A DNA stretch of 38,127 bases from a virus (Duplodnaviria > Caudoviricetes), in the IMG/VR virus record IMGVR_UViG_3300031701_000005, positions 1-38,127 of that record. One strand, given 5' to 3'. A program made the position numbers and the translations under genes. The notes under the pieces are model-generated. The model saw only the letters and a list, made by a program, of their open reading frames with translations. It had not been told where the DNA came from and made no database searches. Positions 36,069-38,127 of this stretch are shown one piece after another (the stretch's first letter is position 1; every line of letters starts with the position of its first letter).

Positions 36069-36923
36069 CTATGGTGCGGTGATTGTTGCGGTGACTTGGG
36101 CGGCGGTTGTGCCGTCCGGGTTGAGCACGGCGATCGCCGCGTTTACAGTTTCGATCGTGTCCACTGGATCCACCCAAGCGGCGATCATCGACACGGTGAA
36201 ATCTAGCGAAACTCGGGACTCCCAATGTCCCGAGGTGATCGCCGATAGATCGGTGGGGGCGCCCTTGGCCCATAGTCCGACGCCCCACCCTCGGAGTGTT
36301 TCGACGTAGGATTCTGTTTGCATGGTCGCCAAGGCCGAGGCGGCGATCGACCACGCGCCGTTACGGATCTCGCGGCCTTTCGAGTAGGTCTGCAAATTGA
36401 TCAGAGCGGTCTGTGTGCCTTGGGTCACGAGATAGGCTTGAGGGTCGAGGACGACCGCGCCGGCGGCGAGGGGGCCGACGATCTCCACGGTACGCACCCC
36501 ACCGCCCGACGTGGGGGTGATCTCCACCCCGTCGGCCCCGGTGGGGGCGGCCGTTCCCGTCGCCCCCGTGTCGGCTGCTATGGACGCCGTGAGGGCGTCG
36601 CGAATATCGCCGATCGTGTCGGTCGCCCCGGCCTCGTGGGTGTAGTCGGTCCCGTTGAAACGGATCAGATACAAGGCCCCGGAGGTGGCGGCGGTGACCG
36701 TGACGATCGCCGAGGTGGCGGGCAAGATCGGAGCGCCGCGCTTGCCTGATCGGTTCCACGGTTGAGGGCCGCCGATCATGGTCAAGATCGCGAGGTTGCC
36801 GGGGAGTGTTTCGTAGCTCGCCTCATTGTAGCCCCACGCCACGCCGACCGGGGCGAGGGCCGAGGAGAACACCTCAAAAAGTCCGCGTTGGACTCGGTCG
36901 AGTCTGATCGGGGCGGGGATCAT
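36069..36923 (-). CDS. Tail terminator/neck protein with an inserted domain
   Basis: Upstream of the sheath gene; C-terminal INLQTY...TDLSAI....WESRVSLDF pattern. Confidence 0.7.
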   Translation of the reverse strand: MIPAPIRLDRVQRGLFEVFSSALAPVGVAWGYNEASYETLPGNLAILTMIGGPQPWNRSGKRGAPILPATSAIVTVTAATSGALYLIRFNGTDYTHEAGATDTIGDIRDALTASIAADTGATGTAAPTGADGVEITPTSGGGVRTVEIVGPLAAGAVVLDPQAYLVTQGTQTALINLQTYSKGREIRNGAWSIAASALATMQTESYVETLRGWGVGLWAKGAPTDLSAITSGHWESRVSLDFTVSMIAAWVDPVDTIETVNAAIAVLNPDGTTAAQVTATITAP

Positions 36924-37294
36924 TGTTGGATGTCCTCCAACACGCCGATCGAGATATACACCGCACCTTGAGGGTCATAGTTTTGAGTTTGGGTGATCCG
37001 ATACCGGCGGCCCTGATAGGTGATCACGTCGGCGGCTTGCCCACCGTCGGAAACAAACAACCGGCGGCGGGTGTAAAACTCGGCGCGTTCGGAGTTGCGA
37101 TCCGCCGATCGGTCGGAGTCTAGATCCCGCCCGGTCGAAACGTGGGCGGCGATCGGGTTGATCGAAAACGTCGCCGGGGTTGGGGTGTCGTAGCCCCCCC
37201 ACGCGTTGGCCACGGGCGCGCCCGAACGATCGACCATGAGGGGGCCGACGTTGAGTGAGTCCACGAGGGACGCGACGGTGGACAAGAGCACCAC
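36920..37294 (-). CDS. Head closure / head-tail joining protein
   Basis: FYTRRRL...ADVITYQGRRYRI..QNY; synteny. Confidence 0.72.
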   Translation of the reverse strand: MVLLSTVASLVDSLNVGPLMVDRSGAPVANAWGGYDTPTPATFSINPIAAHVSTGRDLDSDRSADRNSERAEFYTRRRLFVSDGGQAADVITYQGRRYRITQTQNYDPQGAVYISIGVLEDIQQ

Positions 37295-37299
37295 GGCGA

Positions 37300-37500
37300 T
37301 CAGTCCTCGGAGCCTTTCGGCCGGGTTGGGAAAACTTGGGCGGCGTCAACCGCCCCTTGGATCCCGGCGTAGGCGATCCACACGATCGCGAAGTTTTGCC
37401 AGTCCCTCGCGAGGGCGAGGGGGACCGAGGCCGCGACGGCGGCCCAAAACTTGCGCGAGGTGATCGTCTTGTGGATGAATGATTTGATCTCGTTTTTCAC
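37300..37500 (-). CDS. Putative holin (66 aa)
   Basis: GTG 37500 overlaps the upstream stop. SRKFW motif, two hydrophobic segments, YAGIQGAVD and a charged tail. Confidence 0.7.
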   Translation of the reverse strand: MKNEIKSFIHKTITSRKFWAAVAASVPLALARDWQNFAIVWIAYAGIQGAVDAAQVFPTRPKGSED

Positions 37501-37949
37501 TTGCGCAACAACTCCCGTTCTTTGGCCTTGAGCGTTTCGGGTTTTCGGGGCGCGCGGCCACGGTTGCCCCCGGCGATGTGTTCGAGAATATCGCCTTGCC
37601 ACGCGGACGCGTCAATCAGATAGCCCTGGACGTCTTCGATTCTTTCCACGTCTTTTTTAACCGCGCTGAAATCTTCGACGGCGACCTCCACGCGGTTAAC
37701 CCGGTCCTCAACGATCGCGGCTTTTTCCCTGTCCATCTCCGATCCTTCGCGGATCATGGACTCGACCTCGGGCGAGTTCGGCTTGGATTGGACCTCGACC
37801 GCGGCGATCGTGATCGAGGCGACAAGAGCCACACCCCCGCCGACTAGCGCGGCGATCTCTCGGACCGATCGGGCCTTCCGTCCCATGCCCTCAAGATCTA
37901 AGGCCGCGACGATCGAGGCCGCGAGTCGATCATTTTCTTGATCGGTCAT
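37497..37949 (-). CDS. Single-TM coiled-coil membrane protein (150 aa), possibly lysis-associated
   Basis: TM segment IAALVGGGVALVASITIAAV, then a charged coiled coil; adjacent to the holin. Confidence 0.7.
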   Translation of the reverse strand: MTDQENDRLAASIVAALDLEGMGRKARSVREIAALVGGGVALVASITIAAVEVQSKPNSPEVESMIREGSEMDREKAAIVEDRVNRVEVAVEDFSAVKKDVERIEDVQGYLIDASAWQGDILEHIAGGNRGRAPRKPETLKAKERELLRK

Positions 37950-38000
37950 TATTCCTCATATCCGATCAGTGTCCCGGACATCGTTAGCGTGCCGGTGGCC
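37949..38000 (-). CDS. 3' end of the junction-spanning gene that starts at 818
   Basis: The frame continues from base 1 and ends in TAA overlapping the next ATG (TAATG). Confidence 0.85.
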
Positions 38001-38127
38001 TCGTCATAAAAAACTCCCGCGGTGAAAGGTAGCGCCTCCGCGAAAGTGTGGGAGACGGTTGTAACCGTCGAGGATCCCGCGCCTGGATCTGGTACGAAGA
38101 TCGGGAGGACGATCGGCCCCGCGACGG
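38001..38127. repeat. Terminal direct repeat, copy 2
   Basis: Identical to 1-127. Confidence 0.97.

Larger units (their letters stand above)
1..38000. mobile_element. Complete circular tailed-phage genome (Caudoviricetes, contractile tail), about 38.0 kb, no integrase seen
   Basis: Terminase, portal, capsid, sheath, tube, tape measure, baseplate, lysis and replication genes are all present. There is a 127-bp terminal overlap with an ORF reading through it, and no host genes. Confidence 0.95.

Overview
The window is an apparently complete, circularly assembled 38,000-bp genome of a high-GC tailed phage with a contractile tail. Bases 38001-38127 repeat bases 1-127 exactly, and one gene reads through the junction. 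Two divergent arms start from a control region at about 6.8-7.7 kb. The minus arm is one tightly coupled morphogenesis operon in a permuted order: head protease/scaffold, decoration protein, major capsid, neck, accessory virion genes, holin, tail (sheath, two tube paralogs, frameshifted chaperone, tape measure), baseplate, fibre, and only then TerS, TerL, portal and the Mu-F-like protein. The plus arm carries early and replication genes: an acidic first gene, an XRE HTH, a Prim-Pol/SF2 origin-binding-type fusion, a Cas4-like nuclease, an SF2 helicase, an SSB-like protein, a family A polymerase, an M15 endolysin, a TGT/DpdA-like protein, an N4/N6 DNA methyltransferase and RusA. I saw no integrase, tRNA or CRISPR array. 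The main candidates for new biology are: (1) a DpdA-like base-exchange gene coupled to a methyltransferase, both ending in beta-clamp-binding-like motifs; (2) strong GATC enrichment with a 940-bp GATC-free block in the methyltransferase variable region; (3) an in-frame nested gene marked by a recurring A-rich initiation motif; (4) twin leaderless TAGGGT promoters; (5) a similar inserted domain in three different virion proteins. All family assignments come from motifs and synteny read by eye, not from database searches.
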